DNA of 64,000 bases from Terriglobia bacterium (GCA_963666975.2 CAXVYR010000004.1:1696001-1760000); one strand, 5' to 3'. Positions 20,064-30,296 are shown, numbered from the stretch's first letter. A program made the numbers and translations. Notes: a model not told the origin generated them from the sequence alone.

Positions 20064-21062
20064 ATGCCGGCACGTCTGCCAAACCGTCTGCCAAATATCG
20101 TCGAGTGCGTCCCCAACTTCAGCGAGGGACAGGACCGCCAGAAGGTCGACGAAATCGCTGCGGCAATCAGCAGCGTGGAGGACGTCTATGTGCTGGATAT
20201 CCACAGGGACGCCGACCATCACCGCTCCGTCATCACCTTTGTGGGAAGCAAGGAGAAGGTGGGCGAAGCGGCCGTGCGGGCAGCGGGCCGTGCAGCGGCT
20301 TTGATCGACATGAACCAGCATCACGGCGAGCACCCCAGGATCGGCGCTGCCGACGTGATTCCCTTCATTCCGGTCGCGGGGGTTACGCTCGAAGACTGCG
20401 CCGCCCTGGCGCGCGACACAGGCACGGAAATCCACCGCCGCTTCCAGATTCCCGTTTACTTCTATGAGGCCGCAGCGTCCCGGCCGGAGCGCGTCCATCT
20501 GGAAAACTTGCGGCGAGGCGGATTGGAAAGGTTGAAGGAACAGGGCATGGACGATCCTTCGAACCGCCCCGACGTTGGGGACCCTCGACCCCATCCCACC
20601 GCAGGAGTGTCGGCGGTGGGAGCGCGGAAGTTTCTGGTCGCCTTCAATGTAAATCTCAACTCGGCAGATATAGAGGTCGCCCGGCAGATCGCCCGAACCA
20701 TCCGCACTACCAGCCGCTTCCCTGGTGGCGGCTTGCCGGGCGTCAAGGCGATGGGTGTTCTCCTGAAATTGTGGACCGGGAACGGGCCAGCAGGACAGGC
20801 ACAGGTGTCACAGGTATCACAAGTTTCTATGAACCTGACGGACCTGGAACAGACATCCCTCCTCCAAGCCTTCCATGCAGTACAGCAGGAAGCCTCGCGC
20901 CTGGGAGTCACCATCCGTAGCAGTGAGGTTGTGGGATTGATCCCCGAAATGGCGCTCGCCGGAATGAGCCTGGAGTCTTTCCAGGAGTCGCTCCAGATAG
21001 AAGATTTTCATCCGCAGAAGATTTTGGAAAACAGGCTGGCGGCGGTGTTGTCCCGTGGATGA
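20064..21062 (+). CDS. ftcD: glutamate formimidoyltransferase
   Basis: ECVPNFSEG, DADHHRSV, HPRIGAADVIPFIP, SEVVGLIP. Confidence 0.93.
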   Translation: MPARLPNRLPNIVECVPNFSEGQDRQKVDEIAAAISSVEDVYVLDIHRDADHHRSVITFVGSKEKVGEAAVRAAGRAAALIDMNQHHGEHPRIGAADVIPFIPVAGVTLEDCAALARDTGTEIHRRFQIPVYFYEAAASRPERVHLENLRRGGLERLKEQGMDDPSNRPDVGDPRPHPTAGVSAVGARKFLVAFNVNLNSADIEVARQIARTIRTTSRFPGGGLPGVKAMGVLLKLWTGNGPAGQAQVSQVSQVSMNLTDLEQTSLLQAFHAVQQEASRLGVTIRSSEVVGLIPEMALAGMSLESFQESLQIEDFHPQKILENRLAAVLSRG

Positions 21063-21100
21063 CAAGTGGCTGACAAACTGTAACAAGCGGGAAGGGTGTA

Positions 21101-21457
21101 TTACCGGGGAGGGTCGTTCTCCAGGGAAGACCGATCCGGCTGCTCCTCCGGCGGGAGGGTGACGACCACCTCGCCGGGGCGCCCCATGCGAAGCTGTTCG
21201 CGGGCCAGTTCCTCAATGGTCTGCGGGTCGCTGCGCAATTCCTGGATTTTTTGTGCCAGCCGCAGGTTGTCCTCTTGCAGCCGCTGGACTTCCTCATCCA
21301 GCGCTTGCATCTGGAGGCGGCGCTGGCGGCGAACGAGATACCCGTTTTCTCCGGCAATCTCATGGACGGCAAGCGACAGAAGCGCCAAGCTGCACGCGGC
21401 TATCCACAGGTAGCGCTTTGCCCGCCGTCTTTTTTCTGCTGGGATGGAAAACTGCAT
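21101..21457 (-). CDS. ftsB: septum formation initiator FtsB/DivIC
   Basis: TM helix, coiled coil, IEELAREQLRMGRPGE. Confidence 0.85.
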   Translation of the reverse strand: MQFSIPAEKRRRAKRYLWIAACSLALLSLAVHEIAGENGYLVRRQRRLQMQALDEEVQRLQEDNLRLAQKIQELRSDPQTIEELAREQLRMGRPGEVVVTLPPEEQPDRSSLENDPPR

Positions 21458-22890
21458 CAGTCGAACAGAAATCGCCTCGCCGCTCCGGCCAACTCTTCCA
21501 GGCTCTTCTCGGTCGAAGCCTCGCAATAAAGCCGGCAAACGGGTTCCGTGCCCGAAAGCCGGAACAGAACCCACGAACCGTCGTCCAGGAGCAGCTTGAG
21601 TCCATCCATGCGGACCGTCTTCACCACTCGCCGCCCCTGGAAATTACTGTACTCTTGTTTACTCCGCTCCACAAAGCGGTTTTTGACGGTTTCCGTCAAT
21701 GGCACACTCCAGCGGCCGGGATAGTAGCTGCCCACCTTGCCGAACAGTTCCTGGATTTGCCGGGCGAGCGGCATCCCGCGGCTGGCCACCATCTCGGCGG
21801 TCAACAAGCAGGCCAGGATGCCGTCTTTTTCAGGAACATGATGCCGGATCGTCAGCCCGGCGCTCTCCTCGCCGCCCAGAACAAGCTTGTCCTGCTGGAT
21901 CATCTCCCCGATATATTTGAACCCCACCGGCGTCTCATAGACGGGGATGCGGTGGAACTTCGCCACCGCGTCAATCATGTGCGTGGTGGCAACGCTTTTG
22001 GCCACACCGCCCGTCCAGCCCTCTTCAGCCGTCCACGGGCGCGACTCGATCAGGTAGTCGAGCAACAGGGCCAGGATGTGGTTCGGCGAAATGAACGCCC
22101 CGCCTTCATCCACAATGCCGAAACGGTCGGCGTCGCCGTCTGTTGCCAGCCCCAAATGAGCGTGGCTCTGCTGCATGGCCTGCCGCAATTCCGCTAGATG
22201 TTCTCCGTCCGGCTCCGGAGGATGGCCACCGAACAGCACGTCGCGCCAGTTGTGAACCGACACCGCTTCTATCCCCGCATGCGCCAGCAGGCCGTCGATA
22301 TATCCTATTCCCGCGCCATAAAGCGGATCATAGGCCAGTCGCAACCCCGCCGAGCGGATCAACTCCAGATTCACCTTTTGTGCAATCTCCTCCATGTAGG
22401 CAGGCTGCAAATCAGTGCTTTCTACAGCGGCGGGCTTCTCCGGCAATGGGACCGGAAAATCGTTATTGAGCCATGCCTCCACCTTTTGGGTTACGCCCGT
22501 CATGGCCGGGGCGCCGTCAGAAGTGGAAAACTTGACGCCATTGTAGTGGGCCGGATTGTGCGAGGCGGTAAAGTTGATGGCGCCGTCGGTCTTCAGTCGG
22601 CGGATGGCGTACGCAATGGCCGGGGTGGGCACGGCTTGTTGGGACAAATAGCAGTGAATGCCGTGGCTCGCCAGAAGCTCGGCCGACATTGCCGCGAATT
22701 TTTCCGAGAGGAACCGTGTATCATAACCGACGATCAATGAGGGTCCGCCGCTCAGAGGCGAGCGTACCGGATTCGTGGAAGTGACGTAGCGGGCGACGGC
22801 CTCCACAGCCTTCTTCGCGTTCGCCATGGTGAAATCCTCGGCGATGATGGCTCGCCAGCCGGAGGTGCCGAACTTTATGGGAGAACTCAT
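21457..22890 (-). CDS. phosphoglucomutase/phosphomannomutase
   Basis: FGTSGWRA, TASHNP, DGDADR, GGEESAG, RLSGTEP. Confidence 0.95.
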   Translation of the reverse strand: MSSPIKFGTSGWRAIIAEDFTMANAKKAVEAVARYVTSTNPVRSPLSGGPSLIVGYDTRFLSEKFAAMSAELLASHGIHCYLSQQAVPTPAIAYAIRRLKTDGAINFTASHNPAHYNGVKFSTSDGAPAMTGVTQKVEAWLNNDFPVPLPEKPAAVESTDLQPAYMEEIAQKVNLELIRSAGLRLAYDPLYGAGIGYIDGLLAHAGIEAVSVHNWRDVLFGGHPPEPDGEHLAELRQAMQQSHAHLGLATDGDADRFGIVDEGGAFISPNHILALLLDYLIESRPWTAEEGWTGGVAKSVATTHMIDAVAKFHRIPVYETPVGFKYIGEMIQQDKLVLGGEESAGLTIRHHVPEKDGILACLLTAEMVASRGMPLARQIQELFGKVGSYYPGRWSVPLTETVKNRFVERSKQEYSNFQGRRVVKTVRMDGLKLLLDDGSWVLFRLSGTEPVCRLYCEASTEKSLEELAGAARRFLFD

Positions 22891-22998
22891 TTCGTCCATT
22901 GTACATTGCAGGAAATCCTTGGGGCCAACTCCACATTTGCTCCGTCTTTCAGGAGTTTGATAATTGGCTCCGTGCTTGCGATGAGGAGATGTAAACCA

Positions 22999-23367
22999 AT
23001 GACCGACAAGATTGTTGTAATGGTCACCGGCGGCAGCGCCGCCGAATGCAAGCGGATTGCCCGCAGGTTGCTGGAAAAGCGGCTGGTGGCCTGCGTGAAC
23101 CTGCTGCCGAGGATGCGCTCGCTCTACCGCTGGGAGGGCAAGATCGCCGACGAGCCGGAATATCTGATGATCCTCAAGTCCAGCCGCGAGCTTTTCCCGG
23201 AGTTGCGCAAGGAGGTGGAGAAGCAGCACAGTTACTCCGTCCCGGAGGTGATTGCGCTGCCGATCATCGACGGCGCCCCGAACTACCTCAACTGGGTCAC
23301 CGAGTGCGTCGCAACTTCGGCGACATTGGCAGACAGCCACAGAGACACAGAGATAGGGAGAAAATAA
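22999..23367 (+). CDS. cutA: divalent-cation tolerance protein CutA
   Basis: RLVACVN, SLYRWEG, HSYSVPEVIA. Confidence 0.93.
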   Translation: MTDKIVVMVTGGSAAECKRIARRLLEKRLVACVNLLPRMRSLYRWEGKIADEPEYLMILKSSRELFPELRKEVEKQHSYSVPEVIALPIIDGAPNYLNWVTECVATSATLADSHRDTEIGRK

Positions 23368-23460
23368 GGACATGAGCAAAAAGGGAGAGGCCACAAGGAC
23401 TAAGCCCTTCTCCACTTTCTGATTCTGGCTGCTTCTCCGTGCCTCAGTGCCTCTGTGGCT
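23337..23460. repeat. REP-like inverted repeat between convergent genes
   Basis: gccacagagacacagaga ... tctccgtgcctcagtgcctctgtggc. Confidence 0.55.
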
Positions 23461-23998
23461 ACACTTTCGGAAGCTCCAGCATTTCGCGGTGCCCAAAGCC
23501 GCGGCTGTTGTCGAGATACCAAACGGCCCTGGGAGCAATGCGATAGAGCCGGATTCCGGCCAGCTTCCGCTGCACCGTCTCCCGCAGCGGACCGGAGCGG
23601 AAGAACTTCGCCACAAAGGGAAATTTTTTTGTGTACACCTTCCAGAACCGCGCCTTCATTTTCAGGCCTCGCAGCCGCTCGGCCCGGCCCTCCAATTGAA
23701 TTCCTCGAATTTCACGCCAGTTGCTGTAATCCTCGTGGATCGCCGCGCTGACGGTGGCGTTGGCAGCCATGTTGACGCCGTGGCGGGAACGCGGATTGGA
23801 GAAAAAGTAGAGGTCCAGCCCGTCGCTCGCATAGAAGACGGCCGCCGCCCAGGGGACATCCTTTGCACAGGAGGCTATGGTCATGACGTTGTGCGTCTCC
23901 AGATATTCGAGGATGTCGCGGCGGAGCACGTCGCAATTCTGGCCGGGAGGGTTTTTCGATTTTTCTTTTTGTCGAGCCATCTTAGCGTGGGTTGGCAT
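23459..23998 (-). CDS. pyridoxamine 5'-phosphate oxidase-like FMN-binding protein
   Basis: MTIAS...PWAAAVFYA...SRH...IRGIQLEG...DNSRGFGHR. Confidence 0.85.
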   Translation of the reverse strand: MPTHAKMARQKEKSKNPPGQNCDVLRRDILEYLETHNVMTIASCAKDVPWAAAVFYASDGLDLYFFSNPRSRHGVNMAANATVSAAIHEDYSNWREIRGIQLEGRAERLRGLKMKARFWKVYTKKFPFVAKFFRSGPLRETVQRKLAGIRLYRIAPRAVWYLDNSRGFGHREMLELPKV

Positions 23999-24027
23999 TC
24001 CTTCGTGAACGGAAGACAGTAGCGGAA

Positions 24028-25167
24028 TTAGATCGCCGTGAGCGCCTGGTCCAGGTCCCCGATCAGGTCTTCCACATCCTCAATGCCTACCGAGAGCCGG
24101 ATCAGCCCCTGCGTGATGCCGATCCGCTGGCGGTCCTCTTCCGAAAAATAGGCGTGGGTCATGGTCGCCGGATGCGAGATCAGCGTCTCCACCCCTCCCA
24201 GGCTTTCGCCCAGCAAGCACAGGCGGACACGGTTCAGCACCGCGCGCGCGTTCTCAAACGATCCAGTCTCAAACGACATCATCCCGCCAAACCCGGACAT
24301 CTGTTTTTTGGCCAGCGCGTACTGGGGATGGGCCGGCAAACCCGGATAGTAAACCTTTCTCACTTTGGGATGGCGGCTCAGGTACTCGGCCACGGCCATG
24401 GCGTTGGCGCTGTGCTGCCGCATCCGCACGGCGAGGGTCTTGACCCCCCGGAGCACCAGCCATGCATCCATCGGCCCCATGACGGCCCCGGCGGCATTCT
24501 GAATAAACTGCAGCCGTGCGGCGTCCTCCTCCCGCGCCAGCACCGCCACGCCGCCCACGCCGTCGCTGTGGCCGTTCAGATATTTCGTGGTGGAGTGCAC
24601 CACAATGTCGGCTCCCATCTCCAGGGGTCTCTGGAAATAGGGGGAAAGGAAAGTGTTGTCCACCACCAATTGAATCTTGCGCTGCCGGGTGATGGCGGCT
24701 ATCGCAGAGAGGTCCGAGACCGCCATCAGGGGATTGGTGGGGGTCTCGACAAGCGCCATGCGGGTGTTGGGCCGCAGCGCCTCCCGCACGCGGTCGGCTG
24801 AGCTGGTGTCCACATAAGTACAATCCAACCCGAAGTTTTTCATGACGGCATCCAGCAGACGCGGCACCCCTCCATAGGCCCCATCCGTGCAGACGATATG
24901 GTCCCCGCTCTTCAGCATGGTGAGGACGGCGTGGATAGCGGCCATTCCGGAGGCGAAAGCCAGCCCGCTGTGGCCCCCTTCGAGCACGGCCATGTTCTTC
25001 TCCAAGGCGGCTCGGGTGGGATTGCCGGTGCGGGAATATTCATACCCCTTGTGCTTCCCCAACTCTTCCTGCGCGTATGTGGATGTCTGATAGATGGGAA
25101 CGACGACGGCCCCGGTGGAGGGGTCCGGTTCCTGCCCGGCGTGAATTGCGTCTGTTGAAAAACCCAT
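24028..25167 (-). CDS. cystathionine gamma-synthase/gamma-lyase (PLP-dependent)
   Basis: YEYSRTGNPTR, ETPTNP, VDNTF, HSTTKYLNGHSD, GESLGGVE, RLSVGIE. Confidence 0.95.
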   Translation of the reverse strand: MGFSTDAIHAGQEPDPSTGAVVVPIYQTSTYAQEELGKHKGYEYSRTGNPTRAALEKNMAVLEGGHSGLAFASGMAAIHAVLTMLKSGDHIVCTDGAYGGVPRLLDAVMKNFGLDCTYVDTSSADRVREALRPNTRMALVETPTNPLMAVSDLSAIAAITRQRKIQLVVDNTFLSPYFQRPLEMGADIVVHSTTKYLNGHSDGVGGVAVLAREEDAARLQFIQNAAGAVMGPMDAWLVLRGVKTLAVRMRQHSANAMAVAEYLSRHPKVRKVYYPGLPAHPQYALAKKQMSGFGGMMSFETGSFENARAVLNRVRLCLLGESLGGVETLISHPATMTHAYFSEEDRQRIGITQGLIRLSVGIEDVEDLIGDLDQALTAI

Positions 25168-25336
25168 GGTGGATTCCCTAATTTTTTAGTATCGGTCGAT
25201 TGCAAGCCCTTGCATTTTCTCTCCGGTCGGAACAACTGGTTGGAAGCAGCGGGCCGGAAAACCGGAGATCGCTTGAGGACTATACCTTTTTCTGCCGACT
25301 GTAGTAAAATATGCTCAGTTCAGTTGGAGGAAGCCC

Positions 25337-25714
25337 ATGCGAAACATAGCCTTCGGGGGAGTGCTGCTGGCGGTTATGGCAGCCAGCCTGTTCGCGGCAG
25401 ATTCAGACACGGTGACAACCTCGCGTCTGAATCTTCAGGTCGTCGCCGGCGAAAACAAGAAGCCCGTGCCAAACGCCCATGTGATCGTTCGTTTTGTGCA
25501 GGAAAAATTCCTCAAGGACAAACGCACCAGTTGGGAGACGAAAACCAACCGGAAGGGTTTCGTCGTGCTGGACAACGTCCCTCACGGCACCGTCCAGATC
25601 CAAATCATTGCTCGGGGCTATCAAACCTACGGGAACGAGCACGAACTCAGCAAACCGAAGGAAGAATTGACCATCCTGCTGAATCCGCCGCAGAGCCAGC
25701 ATTCCTCTTACTGA
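25337..25714 (+). CDS. secreted carboxypeptidase-regulatory-like domain protein
   Basis: RBS ggagg, signal peptide, KPVPNAHV...KTNRKG...ARGYQTY. Confidence 0.75.
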   Translation: MRNIAFGGVLLAVMAASLFAADSDTVTTSRLNLQVVAGENKKPVPNAHVIVRFVQEKFLKDKRTSWETKTNRKGFVVLDNVPHGTVQIQIIARGYQTYGNEHELSKPKEELTILLNPPQSQHSSY

Positions 25715-25872
25715 AATCGCCGGATTTTCCCAATACGTCTCGCTTTCATGCAGCTTTTCACCGCCGGGGCCCGGTCACTGTAGCTGGGAAAAAGCTCCCG
25801 CACTCTTTGGAAGACACTTTTCGGAAAAGGTTGAAAAGGCTCGCCTACAAGTACCGTGCTTTCTTTATCTGG

Positions 25873-27321
25873 GAAGGTGTCCCAAACTCAGTTGCAGGTT
25901 GGGACGGCGGGTTGAGTTCATATTACGCCACTTCCTCCTTGTGAGAGGAAGCAGCGTTTGGACTTCGGCCGAGAATCGATGCCAAAGCCCAGAGATCGTG
26001 ATAACCCATGATCTTCCGGAAATTCTTCTCGGTCAGCAGAAACGCTCCTGCCACCCAGCGCAACGTCATCTCGCCGTCGCGCCAGCGGCAAACATTGCCA
26101 GTCTTTTTCCGCACGCCCGACTGCGGGCTCTCGATGAGGTTCGTGGTTGCCAGGCAGCGGTGGAGGCTGGGAGGAACGTCGGCTCGATTGATCGTAAAGG
26201 TCTCCTCCAACCCTTCGCGCAAGCTGGCGGCTGCTGCCGGATGATCGCACTCGATCATCCCAGCGAGCTTTTTTATGCGCACGATGCCTTCCTCGGCTTG
26301 GGGCAATCGCCAGGCGGCGCGCATCAGCGACCGCACCTGATTCGCCAGCATTTTGTCGCCCTTTGGTAACCGCTCAGCCACGTTGCGCAGCTTATGAGTA
26401 CGGCAACGCTGCACCAGCTGATTGCTGCCGAATACTTCCTCGATCCCCGCGCGGAGCGCTTTGGCGCCGTCGATCACAAACAGATAGCGCTGATCCGTGC
26501 GCAAACCTTGCTGGCGCAGGCGGGTGAGAAGGTCTTTCACCGCAGCGGCGTTTTCGGTCGCGCCCAGTTGAATCCCCAGCACATGCTTGCGGCCCTCGAT
26601 GTCCACGCCCACGGCGCTGATGACGTGGTGGGAGCCGAACCGCATTCCGTCCAGGTAAATCACCAGAATCTCGACCTCCTCCCAGCGCCGCGCCAACAGT
26701 TCTTCCAGCCGCCGCGCTCCTTGCTCGGCCGCTTCCCGGCTCACCTGAGACTTCGACACCCCAGCGCTGTTGGCCATCTCCGGGATCACCTCGCGGTAGT
26801 TCCGCGTCGAAACCCCTTTCAACAGTGCCACGAACATCTCCTCGCCCGTCTTCTCGCTTTTCCGCAGTGCTTCGTAGGCCGGCACCGCTTCTTCCCCTCC
26901 GCCCTTCCGGCGCAGCCGGGGCCGCTCCACCCGCAGCTGGCGATCGGCCAGTTTCACCCTCCCCAATTGCCGGCCATGCCAGCGCACCTCTCCGCTCGCC
27001 TTCCCGGGACTCTTTGGCCCCGCGATTTGCTCTGCGCTCATGCTCAGAATCGTTTCAATCAAACCTCGCCCGGCCCGATCAATCACCTCATCCACCGCCA
27101 GACGCGCCTCCGTGATCAGATCCACCACCGGCAACAGCATCTGTCCGTTGGTTTGGCAAAACTTCTGGATGGTTTCTTCGGCTCCCTTGGAACCCAGTTC
27201 CAAAACGTGATATTTTCCCTTCATTCGGCGGTTCTCCTTCTATAGGATTTAGGCTTGGCCCGATTCTATTCGATTCGGGCCGAACCGCCGTTCAACCTTC
27301 AACTATGTATGGGACACCCTC
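25873..27321 (-). mobile_element. IS256-family element, copy 1 (transposase 25923-27224)
   Basis: ~29-bp imperfect TIRs; 8-bp TSD TTATCTGG; YLDG, IDG, QRCRTH, TTNLIES. Confidence 0.95.
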
Positions 27322-27364
27322 TTATCTGGTTGAGGCAAGGGACGTCTGGGCGTAATCTTGCGGC

Positions 27365-28180
27365 ATGGCTAAGATCACATGGGAGCAGGTTTGGAAATGG
27401 ATCGAGCGTGTCCAGACCTTCAAGTGGCTTGTTGGGCTTGTTGTGGCTGGCGGTATGATGACCTTTATTACCACAGTCCTGCAAGTCCTGGGATATGTCT
27501 CGGGGCCTTGGTTAATTGTGCTCGCTTGCGGAATATTCGCTCTGGTTTTGAGCGGACCAGTTTTCGCAGTAGAAAGAGGCTGGATTGCCCCAAAGCGGCA
27601 GAACAAAACGACTATGGCTACCCAGAAAGAATCAACGGCCACATTCTTGATAACCGATGTCCGCATAGCGAAGAGACATCTCTATCGCTTAAATCGAGAG
27701 CAACAGAGTAAATACACGAACCATGTTCCACAACGTCATCAAATAGAGGATGAGATGCTCGGTCTTGTCGCAATATTTACAAACACTCCACCAGAGAGAA
27801 CGGCTGGCGAATACATCTCGGATGTACATGCGCAGTTATCCTTTCAAAAAGAAGGCGAGATAGAGCCAATACGGATTGACTATGGATGCTGGGTAGATGC
27901 GGATATTAACGAAGTGTCTTTCGCTCGTGGGGGCGCAAATGCCTTGATTCTAGCTGTTCAATTACGAGGGGGGGAACTTAGTTGGTGTGCAGTTGAGGAT
28001 GGAAGGGATCAATATAAAAAATGGCACGCCCCTGCATATTGGGAACTCTCAACACCGGCAGAGCTCTCCGTAACGGTCCGGTTGATCTCAAGCAATGGCA
28101 AATTAAATTCGGAGTATCTCTTTTCGGTTGATACTACGGACGAAGGCTCGATTGAGTATAAGGGAGAGAGCGGTGCCTAG
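27365..28180 (+). CDS. hypothetical membrane-anchored protein (transposon passenger)
   Basis: 271-aa AT-richer ORF with two N-terminal TM helices, inside the TIRs. Confidence 0.7.
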   Translation: MAKITWEQVWKWIERVQTFKWLVGLVVAGGMMTFITTVLQVLGYVSGPWLIVLACGIFALVLSGPVFAVERGWIAPKRQNKTTMATQKESTATFLITDVRIAKRHLYRLNREQQSKYTNHVPQRHQIEDEMLGLVAIFTNTPPERTAGEYISDVHAQLSFQKEGEIEPIRIDYGCWVDADINEVSFARGGANALILAVQLRGGELSWCAVEDGRDQYKKWHAPAYWELSTPAELSVTVRLISSNGKLNSEYLFSVDTTDEGSIEYKGESGA

Positions 28181-28226
28181 CTCGACTAGCTGCCAAGGAG
28201 ATTGTTCAATCAAGAGGTTGTTACCT

Positions 28227-29483
28227 CTACGCTGCAACCGCCTCGCCCCTTTGGTGCGGTTGCAACTTTTGGGGCGGTCTTCCCCCATAGTTGGCCTTCC
28301 TCACGAGCAAGTCGGTCTTGACCATGTTCCAGATTGCCCTCTTGGTCCGGTTGCGATAGTGGATTTTGGCCCGCTTCCGATAGTAACGGTTCGCCCGCTC
28401 GACATGGTTGGAGGTCCGGGGGCAGTCGATGTAGTCCAGGAAGGTGATGGCCTTGGCAAACTGCTCGGTTCGGAGCGTTCGGACCACTCTCTTGAGCGGG
28501 TCGCTGAACGAGTACAACTCATTCTCGATGATCTCCCGACGTTTGCCCCAGGCCTCCAGGTGGGTTTGGTTTCGCGTGAAGAGGCCGAACACCTTCAGGA
28601 CAAGGTCTCGGATCAGGCGGAGGCGGGCGTAGCGGGCGCTCAGTTCAGCAATGGCCGCCCGCTGGGTCTCACTCAGCTTCTCCTCTCGGCTCAAAAGGAC
28701 GTAACGGAGGCCCCACAGCTTGCGGGAATCCTCTTTAGTGCCCACCTTTCGAGCAAGGACGCCCCGAAGGTCGTTGATGGCGGTCAGGACGTTCTTGGTA
28801 ATGGCGCGGGTGTAGTGGAAGATGCAGAGTTGCTGTCTGATCCCCGGCCAAACTTCTTTTGGGACGTTTTGGTAGATAGGTGCACCGTCGGTCACAATGA
28901 CACTTGGATGAATCCCCAAGTCTTTAAGGTGTGTCAGGAATTGGCGAAGCTCTTCTTCATTGGCAGTCCGGCACAATCGAACCGAGAGGGTCTTGTCGTT
29001 CAGAGGGTCCGTGGCAACCAGCACTGCGTAATGATCGTAAAGCTCGTCCACCACCAATACGCCGGAGAAGCCTTCCGCCGCCCACCGCTCATAATCTCGC
29101 TCCATGTCTATCGCATCGGCGGAATCATGGAACCAGCCATACGCTGTCGAGAGTGCGGGGCGGACATGGAAGTCGCGCTCAAGCCGCTTCCGCAAGCCAG
29201 CAAACGTGGTCTTATCCTCCGCCACCGCACTGCGGGCCTTCTCAATGGCCCTTTGGCTGTAGTGTTTCCCCTTTTGGGCCATTGGCGGTTGGAAGCGGAA
29301 AAACTTTTTGCAGGCTTGACAGCGATACACCCCTACCTTAACATTCAATATGGTAGCGCACTCAAGATCAAGGTCTTTGATACGCCTTTCCCGGACCGAG
29401 TGCCTCTTGCACAGCGCCTTACAATTTGGGCACTCGGAACACGGGGGCGCAAACGAATTCGCTGTGGGGTTTCCTTCTGCCAA
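28227..29483 (-). CDS. DDE transposase with N-terminal zinc finger (Mutator/IS256/ISL3-like)
   Basis: CPNC...CQAC; VVDE, VTDG, QLCIFH, TSNHVERANR. Confidence 0.88.
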   Translation of the reverse strand: MAEGNPTANSFAPPCSECPNCKALCKRHSVRERRIKDLDLECATILNVKVGVYRCQACKKFFRFQPPMAQKGKHYSQRAIEKARSAVAEDKTTFAGLRKRLERDFHVRPALSTAYGWFHDSADAIDMERDYERWAAEGFSGVLVVDELYDHYAVLVATDPLNDKTLSVRLCRTANEEELRQFLTHLKDLGIHPSVIVTDGAPIYQNVPKEVWPGIRQQLCIFHYTRAITKNVLTAINDLRGVLARKVGTKEDSRKLWGLRYVLLSREEKLSETQRAAIAELSARYARLRLIRDLVLKVFGLFTRNQTHLEAWGKRREIIENELYSFSDPLKRVVRTLRTEQFAKAITFLDYIDCPRTSNHVERANRYYRKRAKIHYRNRTKRAIWNMVKTDLLVRKANYGGRPPQKLQPHQRGEAVAA

Positions 29484-29551
29484 GGGGGTTTCTCCGTGTC
29501 GATGCCCTGGAGCCTGTTAGTCGCAGACTCCAGGGGTTACTTGCTAGAAGC

Positions 29552-29660
29552 TGGCGGGCCGGGAGGGGGTCGAACCCTCGACCTTCCGCTTAGCAGGCGG
29601 ACGCTCTTGATCCTGGTTTCCCTAGAAGGTCCCGGATCGTTTCCGCTGAGCTACCGGCCC
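29552..29660 (-). tRNA. atypical tRNA-like gene, anticodon GCU, 109 nt with extra D-loop hairpin (copy 1)
   Basis: Acceptor GGGCCGG/CCGGCCC, D stem GCTC/GAGC, anticodon arm TCCGC-CTGCTAA-GCGGA, variable AGGTC, T arm GAGGG-TTCGACC-CCCTC, ends GCCA. Confidence 0.8.
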
Positions 29661-29768
29661 GTTATCTATCAATCTTTCAATCCATACCTCCTAAACCAAG
29701 CGCACATCCGATTAGCGCCTTCAGTCCCTGCTTGTTCCTCTGTGCCGTTGAGCTACGGGGCCACAAAT

Positions 29769-30296
29769 TCATCTACTGTTCCTCTTTGGCGGTTTAGAAG
29801 TCTCAATAAAATTTTCTGCGTCTGGCGTCCAAGAAAAATCATCCTCATCCACTTCCTTTACTATTTCCTTGTAGAAGACGTTGAGGCCTTCCCTCCTTAT
29901 CTCTATCTCATCGTTATCTTTCATGCGATTCAAAATCGTATAAATGGAAGACATTGGATTTTCGTAGGGCGACAAGTCCAACCCCCTCTTGGCAAGCTCG
30001 TCCCTAACGTCCTTGGGAGACAGCCATGCCGAGGCGAGCCCCAAAGCTCCGTGTTCCCCCGAAGTCAAAAACACGTGGCGTATCGCATCAGTAAAGCCGA
30101 GAGTGCTCAAATCATCTATGGAAGCGGCCAATCCGCAAAGGGGGAGCATTTTATTGATAACGGCTTTAATGTTTGCAATTTGTTTTTCAATTTCAACTCT
30201 CTTGGCGTCAAGCTCATCGCGCTCATTGTCCAGGCCGCAAAGGCGCACCCTGAGAGTTTCCAACATTTTTGCGGGATTGTACTCTTGATCTGCCAT
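29769..30296 (-). CDS. coiled-coil plus winged-helix-like hypothetical protein
   Basis: N-terminal heptads; GFTDAIRHV...SPKDVRDEL...SIYTILNRM; identical in copy 2. Confidence 0.7.
   Translation of the reverse strand: MADQEYNPAKMLETLRVRLCGLDNERDELDAKRVEIEKQIANIKAVINKMLPLCGLAASIDDLSTLGFTDAIRHVFLTSGEHGALGLASAWLSPKDVRDELAKRGLDLSPYENPMSSIYTILNRMKDNDEIEIRREGLNVFYKEIVKEVDEDDFSWTPDAENFIETSKPPKRNSR

Noticed and set aside
21457-23616. 719-aa version of the phosphohexomutase ORF
   Set aside because: The N-terminal extension overlaps cutA on the opposite strand; the family start is near 22890
29552-29762. tmRNA or tRNA-Sec interpretation of the tRNA-like region
   Set aside because: It has a normal anticodon arm, no G3-U70 pair, no tag reading frame, anticodon GCU rather than UCA, and no long variable arm
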